Part shown: piece by piece, positions 1-9,937 of the stretch
How the letters are laid out: every line of letters starts with the position of its first letter
How positions within the stretch are numbered: position 1 is the first letter of the stretch
NCBI GenBank assembly: GCA_963827085.1
Contig: CAWGZY010000002.1
Coordinates: 261,889 to 325,888 of the forward strand
Source: an uncultured Bacteroidota bacterium
GTDB lineage: Bacteria; Bacteroidota; Ignavibacteria; UBA10030; UBA8401
DNA length: 64,000 bases
Direction: 5' to 3'
The notes under the pieces: generated by a model
Seen by the model: only the letters and a program-made list of their open reading frames with translations
What the model was told of the DNA's origin: nothing
Database searches by the model: none
Program-made: the position numbers and the translations under genes

Positions 1-879
1 GCACCGAGGACCGTGGGTTTGCCGCGGTGCCACCACTCGACAAAGAGCCACGAAAGTGTTGCGGCAGCGGCGGCAAGATGCGTGGCAACAAAAGCGGAAG
101 TTGCGAGTGCGCCGGAGCCGAGGGCGCTCCCCGCGTTAAATCCAAACCACCCGAACCAGAGGAGTGCCGCACCAAGAAGCGTCAGAGTCAGGTTATGCGG
201 AGGCATCAATTCTCCGCTGTGTCCTCTCCTCTTGCCGATGATAATCGCCGCGACAAGAGCGGAGACTCCCGAGCTGATGTGAACAACAAGCCCTCCTGCG
301 AAATCGAGAGCGCCCAAATTATGAATCCATCCGCCGACTCCCCAAACCCAGTGTGCGATTGGTGCGTACACGAACGTAGACCAAAGGACAATAAACACGA
401 GGTACGTCTTAAATTTAAACCGTTCGGCGAATGCGCCCGTGATGAGTGCGGGAGTTATAACCGCAAACATCATCTGAAAAATCATAAACAATTGATGAGG
501 GATTGTGGCCGCATAGTCGGGGTTCGGTTCCAGCCCGACGCCGCGCAACCCCGCCCACTGCAATCCGCCGATAACGTGTCCGATATCCGGCCCGAACGCA
601 AGGCTGTAGCCGAACAGGATCCACTGGACGGAGATAACGCCGAGAGCGACAAAGCTTTGCATAACTGTCCCCAGAACATTCTTTTTCCGCACCATGCCTC
701 CGTAAAAAAGAGCGAGACCGGGTGTCATGAGCATAACAAGTGCGGTGGAGACCAACATCCACGCCGTATCGCCGGCGTCAATTTTTTGAACAGGTACCGC
801 GGATTGATTTTGTGCCGGCACCATAGCCGGCGTTAAGAAAAGCAGTAAGAATAGAATTGAAGCAGGAAATCGTCTCATT
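1..879 (-). CDS. amt: Ammonium transporter (Amt family), partial. The C-terminus lies beyond the window start. Missed by the ORF track because no stop codon falls inside the window.
   Basis: Reverse-strand translation from the ATG at 877-879 gives MRRFPASILFLLLFLTPAMVPAQ...DTAWMLVSTALVMLMTPGLALFYGGMVRKKNVL...DFAGGLVVHISSGVSALVAAIIIGKRRG...GWFGFNAG. These are canonical Amt/MEP motifs and the frame stays open to position 1. Confidence 0.9.
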
Positions 880-1207
880 GCAGACCTCATCTTGTTCGTT
901 GGAATAGTGCAGCATCATTTTCCACTTCCTTAGTTTGAGCTCTATATTTGCGTGAACATCCGGAAGTGAACATCCTTTTGAACCGCCAATTAACTAGTTA
1001 GGAAATTTTCCGAACCAAGATAAGTATTTTAGGAATTATTTCAAATAGGCTTAATTAAATTACTTGCTTCTTTCGCTTGTCTTTCGGAAAGTGATTCCTT
1101 ATTTTCAATCCCGGGCTAACGATGCAAATCTCATAAACGTCTATTTCAACGTATAATGCGTTTTTTGAAATGGATATTCGCCCCTTTTTTATCTCTTTAT
1201 ATAGATA

Positions 1208-1306
1208 GAGACATCTGAAAAATTGCCTCTCGCCAAGCCGCTGGCGAAGCCATCCCCCTCGGGATTTGCGCGAGACGTATTTTTGGAATTATTCAGAAGT
1301 CTCAGA
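1208..1306. repeat. MITE-like intergenic repeat, family 1 (TIR gagacWtctgaaWaat), copy A
   Basis: Left end agagacatctgaaaaat, right end attcagaagtctcaga. Near-identical to the copy at 5075-5170. Confidence 0.7.
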
Positions 1307-1389
1307 TAATGAATAAGGAAGATTTGTTATATTAGAAACGGTTGAAATCCTTAAACGGAGATATATCACACAGCAATGGAACCGATTGA

Positions 1390-2655
1390 ATGGGAAATAC
1401 ATTCTATAATGACTTCGATACGCAGTGTTTGACCAAAAAACGGGCTGCAGACTATCGTTCGCCTTTCGAAATCGATCGCGACCGGATCATTCATACATCT
1501 GCATTCAGAAGATTACAGGCGAAGACCCAGGTTTTTCTTTCGGGGGAATACGACTTCTACAGAACTCGGCTGACTCATTCGCTGGAAGTCGCCCAAATTG
1601 GCCGGTCGATCTGCAAGTTCCTCCAGCACGAAAGCCCCCTGCTTTCGAAAGAATTCACTGTTGACTCGAACCTCGTCGAAGCAATCTGCCTCTCGCACGA
1701 CCTCGGCCATCCTCCGTTCGGGCATTCCGGAGAACGGACGCTTAATGAATTGATGAAACCATACGGCGGCTTCGAGGGGAACGCCCAGACCATGCGCCTG
1801 ATCACGGAGACCATCTATTCTTCCGGCGGAGAACGGCAAGGGATGAATCCAACGCGCGCATTTCTCGACGGCATTTTGAAATACAAGACACCACACGGAG
1901 AATTGGAAAATCCGGAGAACCACTTTATCTACGATGAACAGCGGAGCTATGTGGAATTCGCTTTCGGCGGTGCTTCGCTCCCGAAAGAACTAAGCGCCGG
2001 GAAAAGACTCAATTCGTTCCGCAGCATCGAATGCCAAATCATGGACTGGTCGGATGACGCGGCGTATTCACTCAACGACCTCGCAGACGGCATTCACTCC
2101 GGCATCATCAATAAAGAGAAGATTGAACGATGGGCCGGCGAACAGCCGCTATCCGGCGATGAGAACCGCTCGCTCGAAGATATTCTTGATGCGATGACGG
2201 CGGGACAATTGGAAAAAATCATTGCAGGGAAGATCGGACATTTCATCCAGGCGTGCAGCATCAGCGAATGGAAAAACTTTATGAGCGGGACGACGAATCG
2301 TTATCGTTTTCGATTGGGAATTGATCAATCGATTGAGCGGGAAGCGGAATTGTATAAAAAAATATCCATCGATCTGGTCTTTCATTCGCCCCAACTTCAC
2401 CAGCTTGAGCACAAGGGGGGATATATTCTGAAAAAAATTTTCAACGCTTTCGAAGAAAACTATCTCGGAAAAGAAAATTCAAAAACAAATCTGCTGCCCC
2501 GGGATGCCGAGGAGAGCGTGCGGACCACGGCAAACCCCCGCCAGCGCATGCGGTTGCTGTGCGACCATATTGCCGGCATGACCGACGGCTTTGCCGTCCG
2601 CACCTATAAACGGCTCTTCGATGCTGAGTTCGGCTCGCTGGCAGATCTGATTTGA
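1390..2655 (+). CDS. dgt: dGTP triphosphohydrolase-like HD-domain phosphohydrolase
   Basis: 421 aa with an HD motif (LTHSLEVAQIGR...SHDLGHPPFGHSGE), typical of the dGTPase family. Confidence 0.85.
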   Translation: MGNTFYNDFDTQCLTKKRAADYRSPFEIDRDRIIHTSAFRRLQAKTQVFLSGEYDFYRTRLTHSLEVAQIGRSICKFLQHESPLLSKEFTVDSNLVEAICLSHDLGHPPFGHSGERTLNELMKPYGGFEGNAQTMRLITETIYSSGGERQGMNPTRAFLDGILKYKTPHGELENPENHFIYDEQRSYVEFAFGGASLPKELSAGKRLNSFRSIECQIMDWSDDAAYSLNDLADGIHSGIINKEKIERWAGEQPLSGDENRSLEDILDAMTAGQLEKIIAGKIGHFIQACSISEWKNFMSGTTNRYRFRLGIDQSIEREAELYKKISIDLVFHSPQLHQLEHKGGYILKKIFNAFEENYLGKENSKTNLLPRDAEESVRTTANPRQRMRLLCDHIAGMTDGFAVRTYKRLFDAEFGSLADLI

Positions 2656-2659
2656 TTTT

Positions 2660-2911
2660 TCAATGCGCCGCTTTCAACATCTCCGGCGTAAACTTATTCA
2701 GCTTTACGACCCTCGCTTCTTTCCGGCTCATTGACGGAACAACCATCCTCGCCTGCATCTCGTTCTCCGCTTCGATGATGACGAAACCTGTGTGGTCGCC
2801 GGAGGCGCATCCCCATTCAAAATGTGTCAGGTATCCCGGCGCTTCAACTTGCTTGAGGACATGGGCACAATCATCTTTTGTATGGGGCGATTCTATTAAG
2901 TATCTATCCAT
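2660..2911 (-). CDS. Small conserved hypothetical protein (83 aa from the ATG at 2911, or 105 aa from 2977)
   Basis: ORF with an aagggag RBS 6 nt upstream of the ATG at 2911. No recognisable family. Confidence 0.4.
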   Translation of the reverse strand: MDRYLIESPHTKDDCAHVLKQVEAPGYLTHFEWGCASGDHTGFVIIEAENEMQARMVVPSMSRKEARVVKLNKFTPEMLKAAH

Positions 2912-3003
2912 GCTAACTCCCTTCTTCCTATAGAACCAACTGGCTTCTTTCAACCATTGAAAAAAATTCTCTCTCAAATCCCAAGGGGGATGGCCTCGCC
3001 AGA

Positions 3004-3058
3004 CGCAAAGTCGCTAAGATTTCTTGATGAAATCCATTTTGCGTCTTAGCGACTTTGC
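3004..3058. repeat. Long perfect hairpin (16-bp arms cgcaaagtcgctaaga / tcttagcgactttgcg), family 4. Related to the hairpin at 40320-40399 and to the interior of the element at 56224-56358.
   Basis: Inverted repeat read directly in the sequence. The core gcaaag..cgctaaga is shared with the other copies. Confidence 0.7.
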
Positions 3059-3091
3059 GCAAGGTGTTGAATCCCAGATTTTTCATACGTC

Positions 3092-3700
3092 TTACTTCTT
3101 CGCGTGTTCGGCGTAATCGTAGGGGTAAAAAAGATACAGTGCGTCCGAACTTTCCGGAGACCACTCCGGCACCTTATGTTTCACCGGCTTGATATGGCGA
3201 AGATAAACAACGAGTGCGTGGCGGTCTTCCTCGGTCATGTTGGAAAATCCCGGCCATGGCATGGTCGTCGGCGCGAAAAATCTCCCATCATGCGAAATAC
3301 CGCTGCGCAACACCAGCTTCACCTCGTCATCCGTACGCCGGGCAAGACCTGTTTCGGCGTCAGGAGTCAGATTTCGTGAAAAAGAAGTTCCGGCTTGTTT
3401 AAGTTCAAACTTGGCTCCGCCCGCGAGGAATTCATTCCAGTTCGGCCCCTGGTCTCCCTGCGGCGTGTGGCAATCGCTGCAATCCGAGTATGACATGATA
3501 TATTGTCCCCGCTGGGCAAGAAGTCGTTCAACGGGATCGTCGATTTTCTCCAGCGACGATGCGACCGCTTCTGCGTGAGGGTTGCTAAATGCCTCACGGG
3601 GAAGCAAATCAAAGGGCGGAATAAGATACAGGAACGCAAGAAATCCTATCACTATCAAACATGCCGCTACGATACCGACCCATTTCAATATCTTCTTCAT
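3092..3700 (-). CDS. Membrane-anchored mono-heme c-type cytochrome
   Basis: N-terminal TM helix and a single CxxCH (CSDCH). 4-bp ATGA overlap with the upstream cytochrome gene. Confidence 0.8.
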   Translation of the reverse strand: MKKILKWVGIVAACLIVIGFLAFLYLIPPFDLLPREAFSNPHAEAVASSLEKIDDPVERLLAQRGQYIMSYSDCSDCHTPQGDQGPNWNEFLAGGAKFELKQAGTSFSRNLTPDAETGLARRTDDEVKLVLRSGISHDGRFFAPTTMPWPGFSNMTEEDRHALVVYLRHIKPVKHKVPEWSPESSDALYLFYPYDYAEHAKK

Positions 3701-5049
3701 GGCCGCACCTCCTTTGCTCGGTCAACACGCATCGCAAAATTTTTCTCTGCACCGGAAGAATTCTGTGATACGGGTTTTTGCTGATCATCCGCTTCTTTCA
3801 TGGGATAGACCGGCGTCGGAATCTGTTCTTTCAGGATTAGCATTCTAAATTTACCCCACAAATACGAGAAGATGTTCGGCTTATCAGGATCGGGGATTTT
3901 GTGACTCACGGCAGGAACCGTCCGCAGGTAGGCGACAATGGCGTTTTGATCATCTTCTTTTAATGCAGCAAGCGCCGCCCACGGCATCGGGAAGGGGAGA
4001 AACTTCCTTCCATCGCGCGAGATTCCCTGAGTAAATGCTCTTTTGATTTCCTGATCGGTCCAGTCCCCCAATCCGGTTTCCTTGTCCGAAGTGAGGTTCC
4101 GCGCAACGTACTTTCCGAACGGATAGAGGTCAAACGTCAATCCTCCCGATAACTGCGACCCCTCGACAATATGGAGATCTTCGGTATATCTGGAATGACA
4201 TCCCCCGCATCCGATGGTCCGGACGAGGTATTTTCCCCGCTGGACAGGGTCAGCCTTTGCTTGAGCATCGAGCTTGCTATAAAATTCCTTGACTTCATTT
4301 TCATTCATCTTCCACACGGGTTTGCGTGCGATTGAAACGATGTAGTTTGCAAGGTTCCACATCTCTTTGTCGCTCGCTGTGCCGGCGTACGACGGCATCG
4401 GTGTTCCGTCAATGCCTGTGCTGAACCGCAGATAAATATCTCGCGCGGTCGCCCCTCCGCGGAAGGTCCATGGCTCCGTCAGGTTCACCGCATTGGTTTC
4501 AAAATTCCATTCATCCTGAAAATCTGTTGCCGCCGCGCCCGTTCCGGCGCCGTCGGTTCCATGACAATCAGCGCACTGCAATTTTGCGTAGACTTTTTTC
4601 CCGGCTGCAATGCTTGCGGGCGAATACGGAACTGGAGTTCCTACACGAATGGGACGGGGTTTATCTTTTTGAAAGCGGGGCGAGAATGTCTTCACATAAT
4701 CGACCACTTCTTTTAATGAATCGCCTTTGATGAACGGCGACCAATCCGGCATTGAGGTCCCATGCAAGCCGTTTTTTATCGTTGTTGTCAGGTCTTCATC
4801 CGTCGGAAGGCTTCCGGATTCCGTCGAGCGAAACTTGAACATGCCAGAAGTAAAATTCCGGGGTCGGGGATTGAGCAGCGCCGAAGCGACGCCATCCCCT
4901 TTTCCCGTTGTCCCATGACATTGAACGCAATGCATAGTATAGATGGATTTTCCCACGGCGGACCGGGAAACCGCTTGCGGAAAGGCGGTCGACGCGCTCC
5001 ACATCAATACCGCAAAAACCATACACGTGGTTTTGGAAAACGGTTTCAT
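3697..5049 (-). CDS. Tri-heme c-type cytochrome (three class-I cytochrome c domains)
   Basis: Signal peptide MKPFSKTTCMVFAVLMWSASTAFPQA. Three CxxCH motifs (CVQCH, CADCH, CGGCH), each in a GxxGxG context. Start chosen at the ATG at 5049 rather than 5103. Confidence 0.8.
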   Translation of the reverse strand: MKPFSKTTCMVFAVLMWSASTAFPQAVSRSAVGKSIYTMHCVQCHGTTGKGDGVASALLNPRPRNFTSGMFKFRSTESGSLPTDEDLTTTIKNGLHGTSMPDWSPFIKGDSLKEVVDYVKTFSPRFQKDKPRPIRVGTPVPYSPASIAAGKKVYAKLQCADCHGTDGAGTGAAATDFQDEWNFETNAVNLTEPWTFRGGATARDIYLRFSTGIDGTPMPSYAGTASDKEMWNLANYIVSIARKPVWKMNENEVKEFYSKLDAQAKADPVQRGKYLVRTIGCGGCHSRYTEDLHIVEGSQLSGGLTFDLYPFGKYVARNLTSDKETGLGDWTDQEIKRAFTQGISRDGRKFLPFPMPWAALAALKEDDQNAIVAYLRTVPAVSHKIPDPDKPNIFSYLWGKFRMLILKEQIPTPVYPMKEADDQQKPVSQNSSGAEKNFAMRVDRAKEVRP

Positions 5050-5074
5050 TATTCCTCCGTGAAATGAAAAAATT

Positions 5075-5170
5075 AAGACATCTGAAAAAATCCTGCACGC
5101 CAAGTCGCTGGCGAAGCCATCCCCGGGATTTGCGCGAGACGTACTTTCAGGAACATTCAGAAGTCTCAGA
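5075..5170. repeat. MITE-like repeat family 1, copy B. Directly abuts the family-2 element at 5171-5346, forming a composite.
   Basis: aagacatctgaaaaaatcc ... cattcagaagtctcaga. The interior matches copy A. Confidence 0.7.
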
Positions 5171-5346
5171 TTATTAACTTATGTTACGCAAAAGCTCAAT
5201 GTTATCGCCACGAAGTCACAAAGTCATTAAGAAAAATAACCTTTTTTATTAATGGACTTAACAGAATTGAGCTTTCCCTAAAAAGTTTTTGTGGCTTCGT
5301 GCCATCGTGGCAAAGCTTTTAAACTCTGCGTAACATCAGTTATTAA
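5171..5346. repeat. MITE-like repeat family 2 (TIR ttaacttatgttacgca / tgcgtaacatcagttattaa), copy H1
   Basis: Shares more than 80% of its length with 25961-26176. Internal inverted repeat gccacgaagtcacaaag / ctttgtggcttcgtg. Confidence 0.7.
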
Positions 5347-5352
5347 TTCAAT

Positions 5353-5652
5353 TCATTCAACCACTGTGTAAATTTCGCGCCTGCCTGAATCGACCAACGG
5401 CGTAAACTTAGCATGATACCACTCGCCGAACTCTTTCATTCCAAGCTCGCTCTTCAACGACTGCTCAAAGGCTGTCAGATTTTCGAACGTATTCTCCAGG
5501 ATGAATATGTAGAACGGACCGGTGCAATCAGTGAGAACACGGCTTTCCGGAAGATTGTATTTCTTGCGAAGCGCTGCGAATTCTTTCCACGCAGCCTTCG
5601 CTTCTTTGGCTTTTCCAAATTTCAATTGAAATACCTCGCGGACGACTATCAT
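5353..5652 (-). CDS. Small alpha+beta protein, NIPSNAP/Dabb-like (99 aa)
   Basis: MIVVREVFQLKFGKAKEAKAAWKEF... RBS aaggag 6 nt upstream of the ATG at 5652. Confidence 0.45.
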   Translation of the reverse strand: MIVVREVFQLKFGKAKEAKAAWKEFAALRKKYNLPESRVLTDCTGPFYIFILENTFENLTAFEQSLKSELGMKEFGEWYHAKFTPLVDSGRREIYTVVE

Positions 5653-5910
5653 AGAAATCTCCTTTTGTTTGTTTAATTGGAATAAAAAGCACGAGAGCAT
5701 TGTTGCTGAAAAAAAACAGCAATACCTTGTGCTTAATGAATTTCGCGTTGGAAGTGATTTATACTAGCACGACCGGCTTACGATATGAATTCAAGCCCTA
5801 CATGCATTGAATCTCCCCGGTCTTTTGCCTACATTTGTGCGGTAATGTATGTTTTCGTAAAGATTAAGTCAAGAATAATTTCTTGCCACCCCCTTGAATT
5901 TCGACAATCC

Positions 5911-7578
5911 ATGACAATGCAGCCGCTCGTAGATTTTTTTGCAGAAAACCAGCTTCTTCTTTTCTTTACCGTCATCGGGCTCGGCTACCTTGCCGGCCAG
6001 ATCAAAGTGTTCGGGTTCAGCCTTGGCGTCTCGGCTGTGCTCTTTGTCGGGATAGCGTTCGGCGCGCTTGATAAAAGGCTCAGTCTCCCCGAATACATCT
6101 ACATCATCGGGCTTGTTCTTTTCGTGTATGCCGTCGGGCTGCAATCGGGTCCGAGCTTCTTTGCTTCATTCCAGAAACGCGGATTGCACACAAACGGACT
6201 CGCTGCACTTCTGCTCATCGCCGGAGCGTTGATGACGGTTGTCATTTGGAAAGTTCTTGGCATCTCTCCGTCGAGTGCGGCCGGACTTTTTTGCGGCGCG
6301 TTGACGAGCACTCCGGCACTCGCCGCAACTGTTGAGACTGCAAAATCTCTTTCTATAAACCTTCCGCGCGATGTTGCCGACCTCAACGCCAATAGTCCGG
6401 TAGTAACATACGGCCTTGCGTATCCGTTCGGCGTGCTTGGAGTCCTCTTATGGTCCTTTGTTTTCATAAAGATTTTTAAAATAGACTTTGCAAAGGAAGA
6501 AGCAACGCGCATGAGGGAATCCGGTTCGGACATCATCGTCAGCCGGACGTTTCATATAACGAATCCTGCAATCAATGGAAAAAGCGCCGAGGAATCCCTA
6601 CAGCTTCTCGGCCAACCGGCATTCACACTCAGCCGGATCAAAAAGGGAGCGAGCATCGAAATCGTCAGACCGGACACGATACTCTCCACGGGCGATCGGA
6701 TAGTAGCGGTTGGAACGCAGGATGCACTTGAGCGGGCACGAATATTGTTCGGCGAAGAGGCGGCGGATCATCTCCCTCTCGACAACACCGGAATCGATTT
6801 TCGGCGCATCTTCGTTTCCAACACATCTGTTGTCGGCAAACGTATTCACGAGCTTAATCTAGAAAAAGAATTCGGTGCCACAATCACCCGCTTGCGCCGC
6901 GGCGATGTCGATTTTGTTCCATCGCCGGATACCATTCTTGAAATGGGGGACAGAATCCGCGTTGTCACTCGTCTCGAAAATCTGGACCGCATCACAAAAT
7001 ATTTCGGCGACTCGATGAAAGCGATCTCCGAAACGGATTTTCTTTCCATTTCGTTCGGCATCGTACTGGGAGTGATGGTTGGCATGATCCCTCTTCCGCT
7101 TCCGCACGGAATGGTGTTTAAACTCGGATTTGCCGGCGGACCGCTCGTCGTTGCCCTCATCCTCGGCCGGCTCGAACGCACCGGGCCTATCCTCTGGGCG
7201 CTTCCATTCAACGCAAATCTTGTACTGAGGCAAACAGGGCTTGTCTTTTTCCTCGCGGGAATCGGTACAAAAGCCGGTTTCGGCTTTGGGACAATATTTC
7301 AATCGGGAGGATGGGAATTGATCGCGGCGGGTGCGCTCATAACCACATGCGTTGTCGTGTTAACAATACTTGTCTCCTATAAATACCTGAAGCTACCGAT
7401 GTCCGCAGTCGTAGGAATCGTGGCCGGCATGTCTACACAATCGGCTTGCCTTGCCTATGCGAACCAACAGACGCAAAACGAACAGCCGAACATCTGGTAC
7501 GCCACCGTATATCCGGCCTCGATGATCGCTAAAATCATCCTTGCACAAATCATCGTTTCTGTGCTGTGGATGCTATAA
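5911..7578 (+). CDS. YidE/YbjL-family (AspT-like) transporter with two TrkA-C (RCK_C) domains
   Basis: Duplicated transmembrane halves flank two cytoplasmic RCK_C-like segments (SRIKKGASIEIVRPDT..., TRLRRGDVDFVPSPDT...). Start taken at the ATG at 5911 (MTMQPLVDFF). Confidence 0.75.
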   Translation: MTMQPLVDFFAENQLLLFFTVIGLGYLAGQIKVFGFSLGVSAVLFVGIAFGALDKRLSLPEYIYIIGLVLFVYAVGLQSGPSFFASFQKRGLHTNGLAALLLIAGALMTVVIWKVLGISPSSAAGLFCGALTSTPALAATVETAKSLSINLPRDVADLNANSPVVTYGLAYPFGVLGVLLWSFVFIKIFKIDFAKEEATRMRESGSDIIVSRTFHITNPAINGKSAEESLQLLGQPAFTLSRIKKGASIEIVRPDTILSTGDRIVAVGTQDALERARILFGEEAADHLPLDNTGIDFRRIFVSNTSVVGKRIHELNLEKEFGATITRLRRGDVDFVPSPDTILEMGDRIRVVTRLENLDRITKYFGDSMKAISETDFLSISFGIVLGVMVGMIPLPLPHGMVFKLGFAGGPLVVALILGRLERTGPILWALPFNANLVLRQTGLVFFLAGIGTKAGFGFGTIFQSGGWELIAAGALITTCVVVLTILVSYKYLKLPMSAVVGIVAGMSTQSACLAYANQQTQNEQPNIWYATVYPASMIAKIILAQIIVSVLWML

Positions 7579-7614
7579 GCAGATGTCGGACATCTGTTGA
7601 AATTGCGAGCATGT

Positions 7615-7927
7615 GACCTTCATCTCGTTCCCAATCTCTGATTGGGAACGGAGTAAAGCTGAAGCTCCGCTTCACGGGTGGGTCGAAGGGACATCATTGG
7701 CTGCAACATTCGTTCCCAAACGGAGTTTGGGAACGAGATAAACTAGATAAAATCTGCATTTTAATTATATACCGAACATGAATTTTTATCATAACTTTCC
7801 GTTGACTTTCATCTCGTTCCCAATCTCTGATTGGGAACGGAGTATGGCAGAAGCTCGGCTTCACAAATGGAACGAAGGGACGACATTGGCGGCACAATTC
7901 GTTCCCAAACGGAGTTTGGGAACGAGA
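7615..7927. repeat. Tandem pair of a ~125-bp structured repeat (family 3): copy 1 at 7615-7738 and copy 2 at 7805-7927. Each is flanked by ~31-bp inverted ends that are themselves hairpins (gttcccaat ctctg attgggaac, and gttcccaaa cggag tttgggaac).
   Basis: Copies are ~88% identical. Each is preceded by a tgacYttcatctcg motif. A family-1 TIR fragment (ggacatctgttgaaattgc) sits at 7589-7608. Confidence 0.7.
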
Positions 7928-8058
7928 CAATAACAGCCGATCCGTAGCAGCGGGAGAGTTTAGGAACCAGATAAAAACAAGATAAAAGCGGCCGGGCTCA
8001 CCCAAATTGCGGCATACACTACTCACTTTTCGCTTCAAATCTTTCTCGCAACTTTCCG

Positions 8059-8087
8059 TTGACTTTTTTCCATTTTTTTGCTATAAT
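8059..8087 (+). promoter_or_regulatory. Sigma70-type promoter for rplU-rpmA: TTGACT, 17-bp spacer, TATAAT
   Basis: ttgact (8059-8064), spacer tttttccatttttttgc, tataat (8082-8087), about 45 nt upstream of the rplU start. Confidence 0.55.
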
Positions 8088-8133
8088 AGTAGTCCAATTT
8101 GAAAGACCATTATTTTGAGGAAGGATGTATCCG

Positions 8134-8442
8134 ATGTATGCAGTCGTTGAGATCGCCGGGCAGCAATACAAAGTGAACCCCGAAGAAAAGCTTTACGTGC
8201 CGAGGCTGGAAAATGAAGTCGGCAGCAGCGTGAAATTCGAAAAAGTGCTCCTGCTTTCCAACGACAAAGAAGTCAAAGTCGGCGCGCCCGTCGTTTCAGG
8301 CGCTTCGGTGAATGCAAAAGTACTTGCGCATGTGAAGGACGAAAAGGTTATTGTCTTCAAAAAGAAGAAGCGTAAAGGCTACCGCGTGAAACGCGGCCAT
8401 CGGCAGCAATACACCCACATAGAAATTACATCGATAGCGTAA
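8134..8442 (+). CDS. rplU: 50S ribosomal protein L21
   Basis: MYAVVEIAGQQYKV...KKKKRKGYRVKRGHRQ. Start preferred at the ATG at 8134 (10 nt after ggaagg) over 8125. Confidence 0.9.
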   Translation: MYAVVEIAGQQYKVNPEEKLYVPRLENEVGSSVKFEKVLLLSNDKEVKVGAPVVSGASVNAKVLAHVKDEKVIVFKKKKRKGYRVKRGHRQQYTHIEITSIA

Positions 8443-8456
8443 GGGAGATTTGAAGT

Positions 8457-8710
8457 ATGGCTCATAAAAAAGGGGGCGGAAGCTCCCGTAACGGACGAGA
8501 CAGCAATGCCCAGCGGCTTGGCGTAAAGCGCTTCAGCGGCCAAAAAGTTCTCGCTGGAACAATCTTAGTGCGCCAGCGGGGAACAAAATTTCATCCCGGC
8601 TCTAATGTGGCAAAGGGGGGGACGATACGTTGTTCGCCCTGACTGACGGCATAGTGAAGTTTCAACGGGTCGGAAAAACACGACAGGCAATTTCAATCGT
8701 CACGGCATAA
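8457..8710 (+). CDS. rpmA: 50S ribosomal protein L27, with an apparent single-base frameshift near 8612-8623
   Basis: Frame 0 reads [51 protein letters not shown] and then hits a premature stop ([11 protein letters not shown]). The +2 frame continues [33 protein letters not shown], the canonical L27 C-terminus. One G is missing in gtgg(g)c or in the G7 run. Confidence 0.8.
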
Positions 8711-8745
8711 ACGGAGACAACTTCTTCGTCTTCAAAAAATACCTC

Positions 8746-8779
8746 ATGCGTAAGAGTTTCGCTCTTACGCATTTTTTTT
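8746..8779 (+). terminator. Rho-independent terminator of rplU-rpmA
   Basis: atgcgtaagag tttcg ctcttacgcat followed by TTTTTTTT. Confidence 0.7.
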
Positions 8780-8781
8780 AG

Positions 8782-9879
<1,098 letters not shown>

Positions 9880-9902
9880 AAACGGGAGCTGACCCCACCC
9901 TG

Positions 9903-9929
9903 CCCTCCCCTGTTAGGGGAGGGTTTATT
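9903..9929 (+). terminator. Terminator hairpin after mdh (ccctcccc tgtta ggggaggg + tttatt)
   Basis: 8-bp GC-rich stem followed by a T-rich tail. Confidence 0.55.
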
Positions 9930-9937
9930 AGAGTACC

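Noticed and set aside
27-836. 269-aa plus-strand ORF at the window start
   Set aside because: It lies antisense to an unmistakable Amt ammonium-transporter reading frame. Its own sequence is low-complexity, with no recognisable motifs.
7615-7927. Possible CRISPR array
   Set aside because: There are only two copies, the units are ~125 bp, and each has internal inverted repeats. There are no short unique spacers and no cas genes.
7694-8038. 114-aa minus-strand ORF
   Set aside because: It lies entirely within the tandem family-3 repeats, and its sequence repeats itself (SRSQTPFGNE twice). It is a translation artefact of repetitive DNA.
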